Translations under genes and position numbers: made by a program | From: a virus | Lineage: Duplodnaviria > Caudoviricetes | IMG/VR virus record: IMGVR_UViG_3300035208_004923 | Coordinates: 224,001 to 288,000 of that record | Direction: 5' to 3' (one strand) | Length of the DNA stretch: 64,000 nucleotides | Shown here: positions 31,673-41,655 of the stretch, one piece after another | Layout: each line of letters begins with the position of its first letter | Numbering within the stretch: position 1 is the stretch's first letter | Notes under the pieces: model-generated | What the model saw: the letters and a program-made list of their open reading frames with translations, nothing else | Databases searched by the model: none | What the model was told of the DNA's origin: nothing

Positions 31673-32608
31673 ATGAAAGTATATACAACACAAATTATTG
31701 AAAAAATTTATGAAGACTATTACGCAGGTCGTCAATCAAAAATATCAGACATATGCTATAATAAAATGACGGGTTATCGAAAGGCCGGCATTATGTTTTC
31801 TTTTTCGCCACAAGAATTACTTGAATATTCAAAGTGTGCAACAGATCCCATTTATTTTATAGAAAAATATTGTACAGCATCAACAATAAACGGTATTCAA
31901 CATATTTTATTGCGAGATTACCAAAAAGATATTGTAAAGAAATACATTGACTACAGATTTAACGTTGTTATGAATTCTCGACAAACCGGGTTATCAACAA
32001 TAATGGATTTTTTAATGTTACATACTGCATTATTCAATGTAAATCGAAACATTGTTCTTGCATCTGTTAAAGAATGTATGTCTGTTGAAAGTATGGATAA
32101 AATTAGACGTATATATGCAGACTTGCCGTATTACTTAAAACCTGGCGTCGAAAGTTATAACAAGAAATCATTAAAGTTCGATAACGGATGCAGAATTTTT
32201 GCAATATCTTCTAGGCCAACTTCAACGATTGGTTTTTCGATTCACCATTTATTCTTGCAAGATTTTGCACACATGCAACCAGTTGCATCATCTGAATTTA
32301 TACGTAATACATATGTAAGTATTAGTGCAATAAAAGATTCTACAATATTCATACAATCAACACCTAATGGGTATAATCAATTTTATGATATTTATGATAG
32401 AGCATCACGTGGATTGAATTCTTATATGGCAACAAAAGTTTTGTGGTGGCAAGTGCCGGGACGTGATGAAAAATGGAAAGAACAAGAAATTCGCAATTTA
32501 GGATCTGCTGAATTATTTGCTCAAGAATATGATTGCATGTTTTTTGGCAATCCTGAAGAATGGATTAAATGGCAAAATTCAACTATATCAGATTGGTATT
32601 TGAAATAA
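31673..32608 (+). CDS. Terminase large subunit ATPase-domain paralog, Walker motifs degenerate
   Basis: DPIYFIEKY, LRDYQ, SRQTGLST (K to L), LFLQDFAH (DE to QD), STPNG, FAQEY; no nuclease domain. Confidence 0.8.
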   Translation: MKVYTTQIIEKIYEDYYAGRQSKISDICYNKMTGYRKAGIMFSFSPQELLEYSKCATDPIYFIEKYCTASTINGIQHILLRDYQKDIVKKYIDYRFNVVMNSRQTGLSTIMDFLMLHTALFNVNRNIVLASVKECMSVESMDKIRRIYADLPYYLKPGVESYNKKSLKFDNGCRIFAISSRPTSTIGFSIHHLFLQDFAHMQPVASSEFIRNTYVSISAIKDSTIFIQSTPNGYNQFYDIYDRASRGLNSYMATKVLWWQVPGRDEKWKEQEIRNLGSAELFAQEYDCMFFGNPEEWIKWQNSTISDWYLK

Positions 32609-32633
32609 AAAAAAGAGGCAATTGCCTCTTTTT
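32607..32633. terminator. Bidirectional intrinsic terminator
   Basis: aaaaaaagaggcaattgcctcttttt between convergent genes. Confidence 0.8.
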
Positions 32634-32642
32634 GTTGATATT

Positions 32643-33269
32643 TTAATACATATTATTCGGTATGTATCTGCTTTTGATATAATCAGCAACAGCAATTAGT
32701 GCTTTAGGCTCATGTTTGCATGCATCAGCAAGATCGTCAGCCATAACTTTCAATTGTGGCCATGCATCAATTTTACCCCACGAACTTGTGCCATTCATGA
32801 AAAAACCTTGTACTTGGAATTTTGTATCTTTATATTCGCCAAATCCTCTTGATTTACCTGTTGTGTAATCCCATACTCTAAAGAATATAAATCCTAATGC
32901 AGGATGTTCAAAGCAAACAACAGTAGTGTCTGTGTATTGTTTGTTTTTGATAATTTTAGATGGAGTCCATTCTTTTTTGTTTGGCGCAATTACTAAATTT
33001 GTTAGCACATCAACAACTTCTTTACCATTTTTGTACGCTTCTGTTGTGTATAATCTAATTGACGTATAATTCCATCCATCAGTTTTCCAATTACCTTTTG
33101 TATCAATTTCACGAAATTCATCAGGTGTTCCTGCACATCGTGGAACAACTTCTCCTTGATTAAAACCTGGTGCTTTATTGAAACGGTTGATGTAAACGTC
33201 CATGTCTCCAAATAATGTAGCACTTTCGTTTAATGCAAAATCTTCGATTGTTGGTATTCTTCTTATCAT
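32643..33269 (-). CDS. Leader-bearing putative internal head protein
   Basis: MIRRIPTIEDFALNES. Confidence 0.65.
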   Translation of the reverse strand: MIRRIPTIEDFALNESATLFGDMDVYINRFNKAPGFNQGEVVPRCAGTPDEFREIDTKGNWKTDGWNYTSIRLYTTEAYKNGKEVVDVLTNLVIAPNKKEWTPSKIIKNKQYTDTTVVCFEHPALGFIFFRVWDYTTGKSRGFGEYKDTKFQVQGFFMNGTSSWGKIDAWPQLKVMADDLADACKHEPKALIAVADYIKSRYIPNNMY

Positions 33270-33270
33270 A

Positions 33271-33492
33271 TTATATTTTGATTTTATTTATTTGTGTTTC
33301 TAATTCATCTGCAAAGTTTTGTTCAAAATCGCTGGCATCAGCTGATTTGTTATATGCAGTTTTCAAATAGTTATATGCATGGTCATCAAGTTGTTTGAAT
33401 TTTTTAGGGTCATGACCTAATAATACTAAATATTTATCGAATGATTCTTTTTCATCTATAAATTTGTCGAATGACGGTATTCTTTTTTCCAT
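33271..33492 (-). CDS. Leader-bearing putative internal head protein
   Basis: Start reassigned to ATG 33492: MEKRIPSFDKFIDEKES. Confidence 0.6.
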   Translation of the reverse strand: MEKRIPSFDKFIDEKESFDKYLVLLGHDPKKFKQLDDHAYNYLKTAYNKSADASDFEQNFADELETQINKIKI

Positions 33493-33500
33493 AATTTTAT

Positions 33501-33698
33501 TTACCAGTATCTTTTTACACAAAATTTTTGTGGTTTCTTTACGTAACTTTCCCATGCACAACTGCAATATGGACAGTGACTTCTATGAACTTCATTGAAA
33601 AACATGCATTGAACACAAATTCTTACTCTAGACCGTGTCAATTCATTTGCACCTACGGGTAAAAATTTCTTATACAATGCTTCTTCTCGTTCTGTCAT
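33501..33698 (-). CDS. Small Cys-rich (Zn-ribbon) protein
   Basis: CVQC..CPYC; GAATATATAA motif upstream. Confidence 0.5.
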   Translation of the reverse strand: MTEREEALYKKFLPVGANELTRSRVRICVQCMFFNEVHRSHCPYCSCAWESYVKKPQKFCVKRYW

Positions 33699-33793
33699 AG
33701 TATTTTATTTTATATATTCATAGAACAAAAGACAAAAAAAAATCCAGAGCAATTGCTCTGGATTTGAAAACCAACCGTTAAGATTAGTTTATG

Positions 33794-34225
33794 TTATTTG
33801 TTTTGAATATTGACTTTTATAGGGGCAGCAGATTCCGAACGAGGAACCTTGATTGTAAGTAAACCTTTATCCATAACTGCCACAATTTGTTTCAAATCAA
33901 ATTGGGAGCCAATTTTCCAACCCAAATTGAATGAACGGCGTGTGATGCCGCGGTGTATGTAATGATCTTCGTCACTGACTGTATCACCACTTTTTTTATC
34001 ATTAGATACTCTTAAAATATCAGATTCAACTGCAATATCAATATCATCAGATGTTAATCCGATTGCTGCAATATCAAATTGCAATCCTTCTTTTGTTTCT
34101 TTAATATCAACAGGATAAGAATACTTAGATTCTTGAGCAATGTTAAACATTGATTCCGTGTTAAAGAAATCTTTAAATAAAACTTCGAATGGGGAATTTC
34201 CCAAAATAAAACGATGTTGTGTCAT
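33794..34225 (-). CDS. Small heat-shock protein Hsp20
   Basis: YPVDI, YIHRGITRRSF, AVMDKGLLTIKVP. Confidence 0.9.
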   Translation of the reverse strand: MTQHRFILGNSPFEVLFKDFFNTESMFNIAQESKYSYPVDIKETKEGLQFDIAAIGLTSDDIDIAVESDILRVSNDKKSGDTVSDEDHYIHRGITRRSFNLGWKIGSQFDLKQIVAVMDKGLLTIKVPRSESAAPIKVNIQNK

Positions 34226-34334
34226 AATTAATCCTCCTAAAATAGATTTTTTTTTAATTTGTTTTTGTTACGTTAATTTTTGTTTGCCTAAGCTAAACAG
34301 TAATAACGGTTGGTTTTATTATATATTCAGAAAC

Positions 34335-35237
34335 TTATAAAAGTTTTGAATTTTCTTTATAATTTACATAAAATTTTTGAATGAAAACTTTAGCGTTATC
34401 TGTTTTAAAAACTTTATGTTTTGTTTTTGCTCCAACTTTTGGCGCCATTGTTACTTCGCAAATTGTCATAATGGATAACGCGTTTTTATCATATACTAAA
34501 TGTAATCCAGATTCGTCACGTTTTGATTTACGCATTACAATAATTGATTTATCGTTATATGGCAGCTCATTATTTACCATAATTTTAATAGCACCTATGT
34601 TACCTGCATATTGCAAAATTCCTGGAATTTCATTTGTCACTGTATCAGCATGAACAAACATTGACATATCAATAAATTTATTTAGCAATCCTGGTCCTAT
34701 TATACAAATATCACCGGAACCTCTTCTGCATGTAATTGCAACTTTATTGCCAAATAAAAATAATTTGCCAAGTAAACTTGTATTATTTTTAACATTATAT
34801 GATTTAATGTATGTTTTACTAAATAATTTGTACACCCATGTTTTTAATTTATCGAATCTTGTGAATGATTCCAAATAATTTTCATGTCCTAATGAATATA
34901 TTTCAGACAACACACTTCTGATAAGTTTATTTTTTGTGCATTCAATAACTTTTGATGTTGATGCTTCAACCGCATCAACGCCGCATGCTTTCATATCATA
35001 TACATCAGTAGCAGTCATTGTTATACTTTCAAAAACCGTGTCTAATTCTGCTACGTGTTGATGCAATTGTAACCCAATTTGGGCTTGCTTATCATTTGTT
35101 TCTAATGCAACAAAATCAAGATAATTATGTACATAATTATCACCTGAATTTTGTATTACATTTACTAATGAATTGATATTAGCATCTTCATATATGAATT
35201 TTGCTAATGTGTCGATATTGTCTTTACTTAATTGCAT
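34335..35237 (-). CDS. Diverged gp23/gp24-like capsid paralog
   Basis: GNKVAITCRRGSGD..QYAGNIGAIKIMVN..IIVMRK vs capsid GNVISQRGRRGPAN..YPVGAVAGMTVYVD..VLVGRK. Confidence 0.6.
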   Translation of the reverse strand: MQLSKDNIDTLAKFIYEDANINSLVNVIQNSGDNYVHNYLDFVALETNDKQAQIGLQLHQHVAELDTVFESITMTATDVYDMKACGVDAVEASTSKVIECTKNKLIRSVLSEIYSLGHENYLESFTRFDKLKTWVYKLFSKTYIKSYNVKNNTSLLGKLFLFGNKVAITCRRGSGDICIIGPGLLNKFIDMSMFVHADTVTNEIPGILQYAGNIGAIKIMVNNELPYNDKSIIVMRKSKRDESGLHLVYDKNALSIMTICEVTMAPKVGAKTKHKVFKTDNAKVFIQKFYVNYKENSKLL

Positions 35238-36073
35238 TCTTTATGTTTTGCTATTATTTGTAATCTTTCTAATTTAACTTTAAATACTTCTGGGTATTTA
35301 ACAACATACGGAATCATACGTATATAATGTCCGATTTCTAATAATTCGATAAAATTCATTTTATCGTTATTGAAATTGAATTGTGTTTTAATTTCATTAA
35401 AAATTTCATTGAAGAATTCCATGTCAGAAAACCTAGTTTCTTGGAATAATTTTGAAAGATCTAATAAATAAGATGGCCACATATCATTTTTGAAATTCGG
35501 GTCGATTAATGTATACTTTTCGCCATCCCACAAAATATTATCAACTGTAAAGTCTCCATGAAAATATGATAATGAAGAATTTGCAAATTGCGAATATTTA
35601 AGTATTAACGGTTCGTATGCAAACCAATCGAATCCTTCAAATAAATCAGGATTTCTTAAAACAATTTTTTTAAGATATTCAATATATGCTTCAAATGTCA
35701 ATTTTGGCGGAATTCCATTTGCAAAATTTGTAGGCATATTTTGTTCTAACCACATGCTTGCGTTTGCACCAAAACGTTCGCTCGCAGGCAATTTTATATG
35801 TCTTGCAATTCTAACAAGGTCTGCTGCATTATTTTTATTCATCGGTTTCGCATCAATTTTATTCATGCTGAATCCTGTTTCTTCAATTTCGCTTATCAAA
35901 TATAAATGACTAAATCCGTATTCTGGAAATTTATCTTTCATTATATTTAACCAATAGAATTGACGTTCAACAAATTGCTTTCTATGAATGTCATTTGTAT
36001 ACTTATAAACTGTATGAGAACCTATTTTGAATTTCTCGTGCGAATAACCTTTTACTTCTGTTACGTTTTTCAT
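35228..36073 (-). CDS. APH/choline-kinase-like phosphotransferase
   Basis: HGDFTVDNIL, LIDP, DLSKL. Confidence 0.75.
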   Translation of the reverse strand: MKNVTEVKGYSHEKFKIGSHTVYKYTNDIHRKQFVERQFYWLNIMKDKFPEYGFSHLYLISEIEETGFSMNKIDAKPMNKNNAADLVRIARHIKLPASERFGANASMWLEQNMPTNFANGIPPKLTFEAYIEYLKKIVLRNPDLFEGFDWFAYEPLILKYSQFANSSLSYFHGDFTVDNILWDGEKYTLIDPNFKNDMWPSYLLDLSKLFQETRFSDMEFFNEIFNEIKTQFNFNNDKMNFIELLEIGHYIRMIPYVVKYPEVFKVKLERLQIIAKHKECN

Positions 36074-37425
36074 TAAAATAATGATTTAGATTTAGATTTT
36101 CTTTTTACTGAATCATCGCGTTCAAGTGACAATTCAATGTCGATACCTGTTCTTTTGAATGATTTGTTTAATATGTCATAAACAAAAGTACCAGTTTTTG
36201 CTTCTTTTAATAAGTTGTATTGCAATCCTTTTACCAATGCAATACGTTTATCCGGATTTGCATCAAGATAATCCATTTTTTTATAAAGATCCTCAGGAGT
36301 TTTTACTCTAATGAAATGGTCAGCAGGAACAACAGAGTTTTGTGTATCGTATCCTGGTACAAGAAACGGAACAACACCTTGCGCAAGTGTATCTGCCCAT
36401 TTTGCTGTACTCCAATCTGCTCGAATTCCTTTAACAACAGTATATCTTGTTTGACGTAATTTTGCATCCATTTCTTGATATGGTATCATTCCTTTGAACC
36501 AATCTTCATAACCAGCAATTACTTCAGGTGACCATTTACCGTAAATTTCAACTTCTTTTTTATCGTCATATTTAAAAACCCAAGTTTTTAACATTTCTAA
36601 ACGGTCATCATAACCTGCGCCTTGTCCATATTTTGATTGCATAACACCCATAAGTAATCGTATCGGTCTATCGTTATCTGGCGGATATATCGGTTCCTGT
36701 ATTCTTGCAAGTTTTTCGATTCCTGTTGCTTCTAAACGTAAGTGTTTAACAGTTTCATTGCCAACAGTTTCTTCATTGCCTTCATAACAATCGACACTTT
36801 CCCACGTAACAGCCTTTTCAAATTGTGAAATGATTTCACGTGGAGTATTCATGGTATCACGTTGACGATACACATCTTTTACGTATCGAGGATCTAATGA
36901 TACATTATACCAAGGTAATTTTGTCATGTTTAGAAAATGAACAACAGGCGCACAATAATTATATGTAACCCATTGTACACGAACACGATGTTCAGGTATT
37001 CTTACAGCACCTAAAAAATTTGGAATTGAATTATTTGTGAAATATCCCATTCCAGAAAATAAGTATGCGGTATCTAAATTGTGTTTATCTTTGAAGTGCT
37101 CGTAGAAATTTCTGTAATTAGTGCAAAGTTGAGTATCTTCATTTTTCTTTGGCGTTACACTCGCGCGTGAAAAACCAGGTTCTTCAGAATACGGGTCGAA
37201 TAAAACGCCTCGTGGGTCGAATTCTATTTTTTCATTTTCAGGCAAATCTGCCCAATCAGATTTTTGCAATAACATTACATGCGAAATTGATTTATTACGA
37301 ACAAGTGACCATAACATTTTCCAATATTCTAATGATCCATCGTACCGTTGTATTGTATCTTTTTTGAATTTTAACGCACACCCAATTGCGCCAAATCCGA
37401 TACGAACGTTCTCTGTTTTTGTCAT
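36073..37425 (-). CDS. Putative GT-B glycosyltransferase (possibly DNA-modifying)
   Basis: EIYGKW, TAKWADTLAQGVVPF, YDTQ; DPR motif; C-terminal KSKSLF. Confidence 0.55.
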   Translation of the reverse strand: MTKTENVRIGFGAIGCALKFKKDTIQRYDGSLEYWKMLWSLVRNKSISHVMLLQKSDWADLPENEKIEFDPRGVLFDPYSEEPGFSRASVTPKKNEDTQLCTNYRNFYEHFKDKHNLDTAYLFSGMGYFTNNSIPNFLGAVRIPEHRVRVQWVTYNYCAPVVHFLNMTKLPWYNVSLDPRYVKDVYRQRDTMNTPREIISQFEKAVTWESVDCYEGNEETVGNETVKHLRLEATGIEKLARIQEPIYPPDNDRPIRLLMGVMQSKYGQGAGYDDRLEMLKTWVFKYDDKKEVEIYGKWSPEVIAGYEDWFKGMIPYQEMDAKLRQTRYTVVKGIRADWSTAKWADTLAQGVVPFLVPGYDTQNSVVPADHFIRVKTPEDLYKKMDYLDANPDKRIALVKGLQYNLLKEAKTGTFVYDILNKSFKRTGIDIELSLERDDSVKRKSKSKSLF

Positions 37426-37463
37426 ATTACTATTAAATTTATTAATATTTATATACAGATGAA

Positions 37464-38033
37464 TTAAATAGTTTTGCCGTTTGCAATATCTTCAGCTTTC
37501 TTGCGAAGTTTTTGTTCTTTTGCTTTGATTATGTTTTTCTTTACTTTTGTTTTGTATTTCAAAAACTTTTGATGAATTTGTTTAAATTCAAGATGCGTTA
37601 ATTCCTCATGAGATTCGCTTGATACTAAAAAATTTGTAGGCATCCAATAGTAATAAAATGCACAGGATTTTTTGTCATCAAAATCTTTTTTGTAATGAAT
37701 CTGTTCGTCATCTAATTGTTTTATAATATCTTTTTCATCAGAAATAAATTTGCTTTCTCTATTGAATATTTTTGCAAAAAAACCTGTCGGTTTGATTTCC
37801 TTTGTTTCGATATAACGTCGGCAAGTAACGTATCCTTCAAGTATCAGATACATTTCCGAATCGTTGATGATCATTTGTAAATTTTTCTTTGGATGGAATT
37901 TGCTAGGTGTAAAACCTGCAAGAGGCGATAGTTTTGTATAAATGTTTTTTGTTAATTTTGTAGTTGAAGGATTAACTTTTATTACATTTTTCGTACTACC
38001 TAATTGTTTTAAAATTGTTTCTTTGATGCTCAT
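37464..38033 (-). CDS. Hypothetical protein
   Basis: 189-aa ORF. Confidence 0.55.
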   Translation of the reverse strand: MSIKETILKQLGSTKNVIKVNPSTTKLTKNIYTKLSPLAGFTPSKFHPKKNLQMIINDSEMYLILEGYVTCRRYIETKEIKPTGFFAKIFNRESKFISDEKDIIKQLDDEQIHYKKDFDDKKSCAFYYYWMPTNFLVSSESHEELTHLEFKQIHQKFLKYKTKVKKNIIKAKEQKLRKKAEDIANGKTI

Positions 38034-38081
38034 ATATGTTTAAATAGAAAAAGAGGGAACCTAGCGATTCCCTCTTTTGTT

Positions 38082-39545
38082 TTAGATGATAATTTTTGAA
38101 TAGCGTGGGTCGTTAATTGTTCTTAACATTACTCTTTCTGGCGAAAGAATATCTCCACCTAAAACGGATTTCAATATTGCTGGTGAAAATCCTGATATTA
38201 ATGCAGCCCCAGTTTTGTCAAATTTAACTGGGTTATTTTCCATTTTTATAACGTTTACTTTCCAGAATACAATTGTTGGCATTGTATATCCTGCCGCTTC
38301 GTATTTTTGCGAAATCATTTGCCATGCTGATGCGTCAACTCCGCGAATATAACTTCCGTTGAATTCCATATCTGATACAATAAGAATCTTTGTTGGCATT
38401 TCAGATACAGGTACGTTTCCGTTTACTGCAGCATTAAGTATCAATTCAAATGCAGCACTAAGATTTGTATCGTATCCTTTAGGACCTTTGATTTGTCTAA
38501 TTCTTTGCGATAAAGAACCAGTCATTCTCTGCAATGTTGGTTGACTTGTAAATGTAATAAAGTGGTCTTTAAACGCGCCTTCTGTTCTTTCAGCAATATA
38601 CATACTCAACGATATTGCAACATCTCCAGCATATAAGTTATCAGTTATTTTTCCAGAAGAACTTGTCATTGATTCTGAAACGTCAATCATTGATATAATA
38701 TTTTCATTGTTGCCTTCAAGAAAATTTGGTAATGCGTTCCATTGCGCTTGTGCAGCGTTTTCGTTTGTACTTACAGTTTTGATTACGTCGTAAGGATATA
38801 TTGCGCCGGCATTGATTTTTGCTTCACCTTTTTCAACTGCTTTTACGTATGCACTGAATCTTTCTTGGTCATTTTTTCCGAATGACTTCATGTAACGAGA
38901 CATTGCAAGCGAAGGCACTTTTTGATAATCTATAGATGAAAAATCTTTATTGCACATTGCTGTTTCAACAACATTTGTTAATGTTGATAAAAGAACTCTA
39001 TAATCTTTTGGCGAAATACCCATTGCAGTTCTGATTTTGTTTGCAATTAATTTTTTATCTTTAGATATTTTTCCACCAAGACGAGGCATCCATTTTGCGC
39101 ATAACGGTTTCATGTTATTGTCTCCAAGTAAAACTGCGATTATGTAATCAATTGCTGCTCTTTCAGCAGGTGTTGAGAATACCGCAAATAAGTCATCGAA
39201 TCTTCCGTATTCTGGAATAACTGTTAAGTTCTTTAACAATACTTCAACGTTTTTTGTTGCTAAGTGATTTAACAATTTTTTGAATACTTCACGTTCTCCA
39301 GCACCACCTCGAATGTCACGAGACCAGAATAAAATTTTCATTGCAACTAATGGGTTTTCTGCGAATGCACCATCGAACATATCAGATAATTTTTCCATCA
39401 TTACTTTGTTATCTCTGTTTGCTCTCATTGCTCCTATTGCGAAGAAAAGGTCAACACAGTAACTTGATGTTGTTGAGTTTGTTAACATACCGTTTGCAGT
39501 TCTTGCGTCGTTTGTTGTCATAGACTGTAATAAAGCGTTTGCCAT
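38082..39545 (-). CDS. DUF2828 / TROVE-like protein with C-terminal vWA domain
   Basis: RDIRGGAGER, AKWMPR, VPSLAM, DVSESM (MIDAS), SDMEF, SGFSP. Confidence 0.8.
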   Translation of the reverse strand: MANALLQSMTTNDARTANGMLTNSTTSSYCVDLFFAIGAMRANRDNKVMMEKLSDMFDGAFAENPLVAMKILFWSRDIRGGAGEREVFKKLLNHLATKNVEVLLKNLTVIPEYGRFDDLFAVFSTPAERAAIDYIIAVLLGDNNMKPLCAKWMPRLGGKISKDKKLIANKIRTAMGISPKDYRVLLSTLTNVVETAMCNKDFSSIDYQKVPSLAMSRYMKSFGKNDQERFSAYVKAVEKGEAKINAGAIYPYDVIKTVSTNENAAQAQWNALPNFLEGNNENIISMIDVSESMTSSSGKITDNLYAGDVAISLSMYIAERTEGAFKDHFITFTSQPTLQRMTGSLSQRIRQIKGPKGYDTNLSAAFELILNAAVNGNVPVSEMPTKILIVSDMEFNGSYIRGVDASAWQMISQKYEAAGYTMPTIVFWKVNVIKMENNPVKFDKTGAALISGFSPAILKSVLGGDILSPERVMLRTINDPRYSKIII

Positions 39546-39601
39546 AATAATTTGTTTTTATTGTTAATATTTTTATAATATGCTTTTTTCTTACAAAAAA
39601 A

Positions 39602-40035
39602 GCGAGAATACGTTTAAGTCTGCAACAAAGCGGACGAAATTGTATTCTCGCGAATAAATTTACAGGTTGCGCATTGATTGATAGTTAAACGATTACTGGT
39701 AAACCAGTGGGACGTCAAATTAGTTTTCAATAATTGCTGTAGGCAACCTTCCTAATAATGTTGCAGGTTAGTGTTTATAGTTTTTGCTGAACTTTTTGAG
39801 TTGCTGTAACTAACCTTTTATATTTTCAAAATTCTGAACAGATTAACTTTGAGATTTTACTGTCTCGCAGTTTGTGTATTTGCAGAGCACCCTCCGATAA
39901 TCCTTTGTTCCGCAATGTTTCGATAACGAACGGCATTTGCAGCGGTTAATGTATGAAGGCGATTGATTTTCCTTCGAGATTAGACTAATGCTTCTAGTTT
40001 AAATTAGTTGCAGTATTTAATCTTCAATCAGAATT
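39602..40035 (-). ncRNA. Array of putative structured RNAs upstream of DUF2828 gene
   Basis: Three stems (39664-39749, 39765-39816, 39840-40023), each AG[GA]TT..AC[AT]GCAA...stem-CTG on minus strand, plus a fourth hairpin 39602-39651. Confidence 0.55.
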
Positions 40036-40093
40036 TGTATTTGTTTGTTTTGTTTATATATTATACACAAGTATAAAATAGTTTCAAAAATTT

Positions 40094-40585
40094 TTATTTT
40101 TTTATCATATCACTGTTCCAAGCCAGTAACGTTGGAACAACACTTTGAAAATCATCTTCGGAATTTAACTCTTTTTTGTCTTTTAATGACTTGATGAAAT
40201 CTGATAATTTTGATACTATGGTATTAACGCCAATCCCAATATGATTACTATGTCCATCAAAATATACGTAATCGCCATTTATATCATCATACATTAAAAT
40301 AACAGGACGATTTGCCCATAATCTTGCTTGCGTTCTTGACCAAAGTTCTCGGTATTTGTATGGTGTTGACAGATTGCATTTAAAACCCATTTCCTCTACA
40401 TTTAATTGCAATTTGAAATTTTTTGTTGGCACGCCATAAATAATAGTAGGATTTTTAACGTAATTCGAAGCAAGAAATACTAAATTTTTAAGTGTTACTT
40501 CCGCATACGTTACTTCATAAATACTTTCGTTTATTATTTGACTTTCATTGATGAATTCGTCAAGTGTTGGTATTCTTCTTTCCAT
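40094..40585 (-). CDS. Leader-bearing putative internal head protein
   Basis: MERRIPTLDEFINESQIINES. Confidence 0.7.
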   Translation of the reverse strand: MERRIPTLDEFINESQIINESIYEVTYAEVTLKNLVFLASNYVKNPTIIYGVPTKNFKLQLNVEEMGFKCNLSTPYKYRELWSRTQARLWANRPVILMYDDINGDYVYFDGHSNHIGIGVNTIVSKLSDFIKSLKDKKELNSEDDFQSVVPTLLAWNSDMIKK

Positions 40586-41655
40586 TATACTAATTAATTT
40601 TTAAAATGACTTTGTGCTTCTTTATCCGTGTAAAATTTCTTTTCAACAATATCATAGTATATGCTATCAGATGTTGAACCTGGAAAATAAAGTGAACAAC
40701 CGTTAGATCCTTGGCCCATATTTGGTGTTCCATGATTGTACGCAAAATGTACTGTTGTCCAAATATATGCAGGGAAAGTAAAAACACCGTTTTCTTCTTT
40801 TCCCATTGGCATTTTTCTACCAGAGAAATTATCAATTGTTACAGAATTCATGCCATATTGAAATATGCCGTATTCATGTCTGTTAATAGGTTTTATAGTC
40901 ATATCAATATATCCTCTTGAATTTTTAACATCAGATATATTAAGTTGTATTCCTATTTTTTTGTTAACCAAATCAGAAAATGCTTGGCCCCAATTTTTTA
41001 ATATAGATGCTTCCAATTCAGATTGTGAAGTTATCGTAGAGTCAGATACCATTTGTTCTGATTCGTTTAAAAATTGTGAAGATTCATTGATGAATTCGTC
41101 AAGTGTTGGTATTCTTCTTTCCATTATACTAATTAATTTTTAAAATGACTTTGTGCTTCTTTATCCGTGTAAAATTTCTTTTCAACAATATCATAGTATA
41201 TGCTATCAGATGTTGAACCTGGAAAATAAAGTGAACAACCGTTAGATCCTTGGCCCATATTTGGTGTTCCATGATTGTACGCAAAATGTACTGTTGTCCA
41301 AATATATGCAGGGAAAGTAAAAACACCGTTTTCTTCTTTTCCCATTGGCATTTTTCTACCAGAGAAATTATCAATTGTTACAGAATTCATGCCATATTGA
41401 AATATGCCGTATTCATGTCTGTTAATAGGTTTTATAGTCATATCAATATATCCTCTTGAATTTTTAACATCAGATATATTAAGTTGTATTCCTATTTTTT
41501 TGTTAACCAAATCAGAAAATGCTTGGCCCCAATTTTTTAATATAGATGCTTCCAATTCAGATTGTGAAGTTATCGTAGAGTCAGATACCATTTGTTCTGA
41601 TTCGTTTAAAAATTGTGAAGATTCATTGATGAATTCGTCAAGTGTTGGTATTCTT
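40544..41655. repeat. Tandem duplication, 539-bp unit, bounded by three copies of a 34-bp leader-coding sequence
   Basis: ttcattgatgaattcgtcaagtgttggtattctt at 40544, 41083, 41622; the two intervening units read as identical. Confidence 0.95.
40594..41124 (-). CDS. Leader-bearing protein, duplicated copy
   Basis: MERR leader plus body identical to 41133..41663. Confidence 0.75.
   Translation of the reverse strand: MERRIPTLDEFINESSQFLNESEQMVSDSTITSQSELEASILKNWGQAFSDLVNKKIGIQLNISDVKNSRGYIDMTIKPINRHEYGIFQYGMNSVTIDNFSGRKMPMGKEENGVFTFPAYIWTTVHFAYNHGTPNMGQGSNGCSLYFPGSTSDSIYYDIVEKKFYTDKEAQSHFKN

Noticed and set aside
31673-32608. Functional terminase split by an intron
   Set aside because: No intron core or downstream nuclease exon; a terminator follows directly and the Walker residues are substituted
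40544-41655. 34-bp repeats as a CRISPR array
   Set aside because: Spacers are about 505-bp protein-coding units, the repeat encodes the leader peptide, and no cas genes are seen
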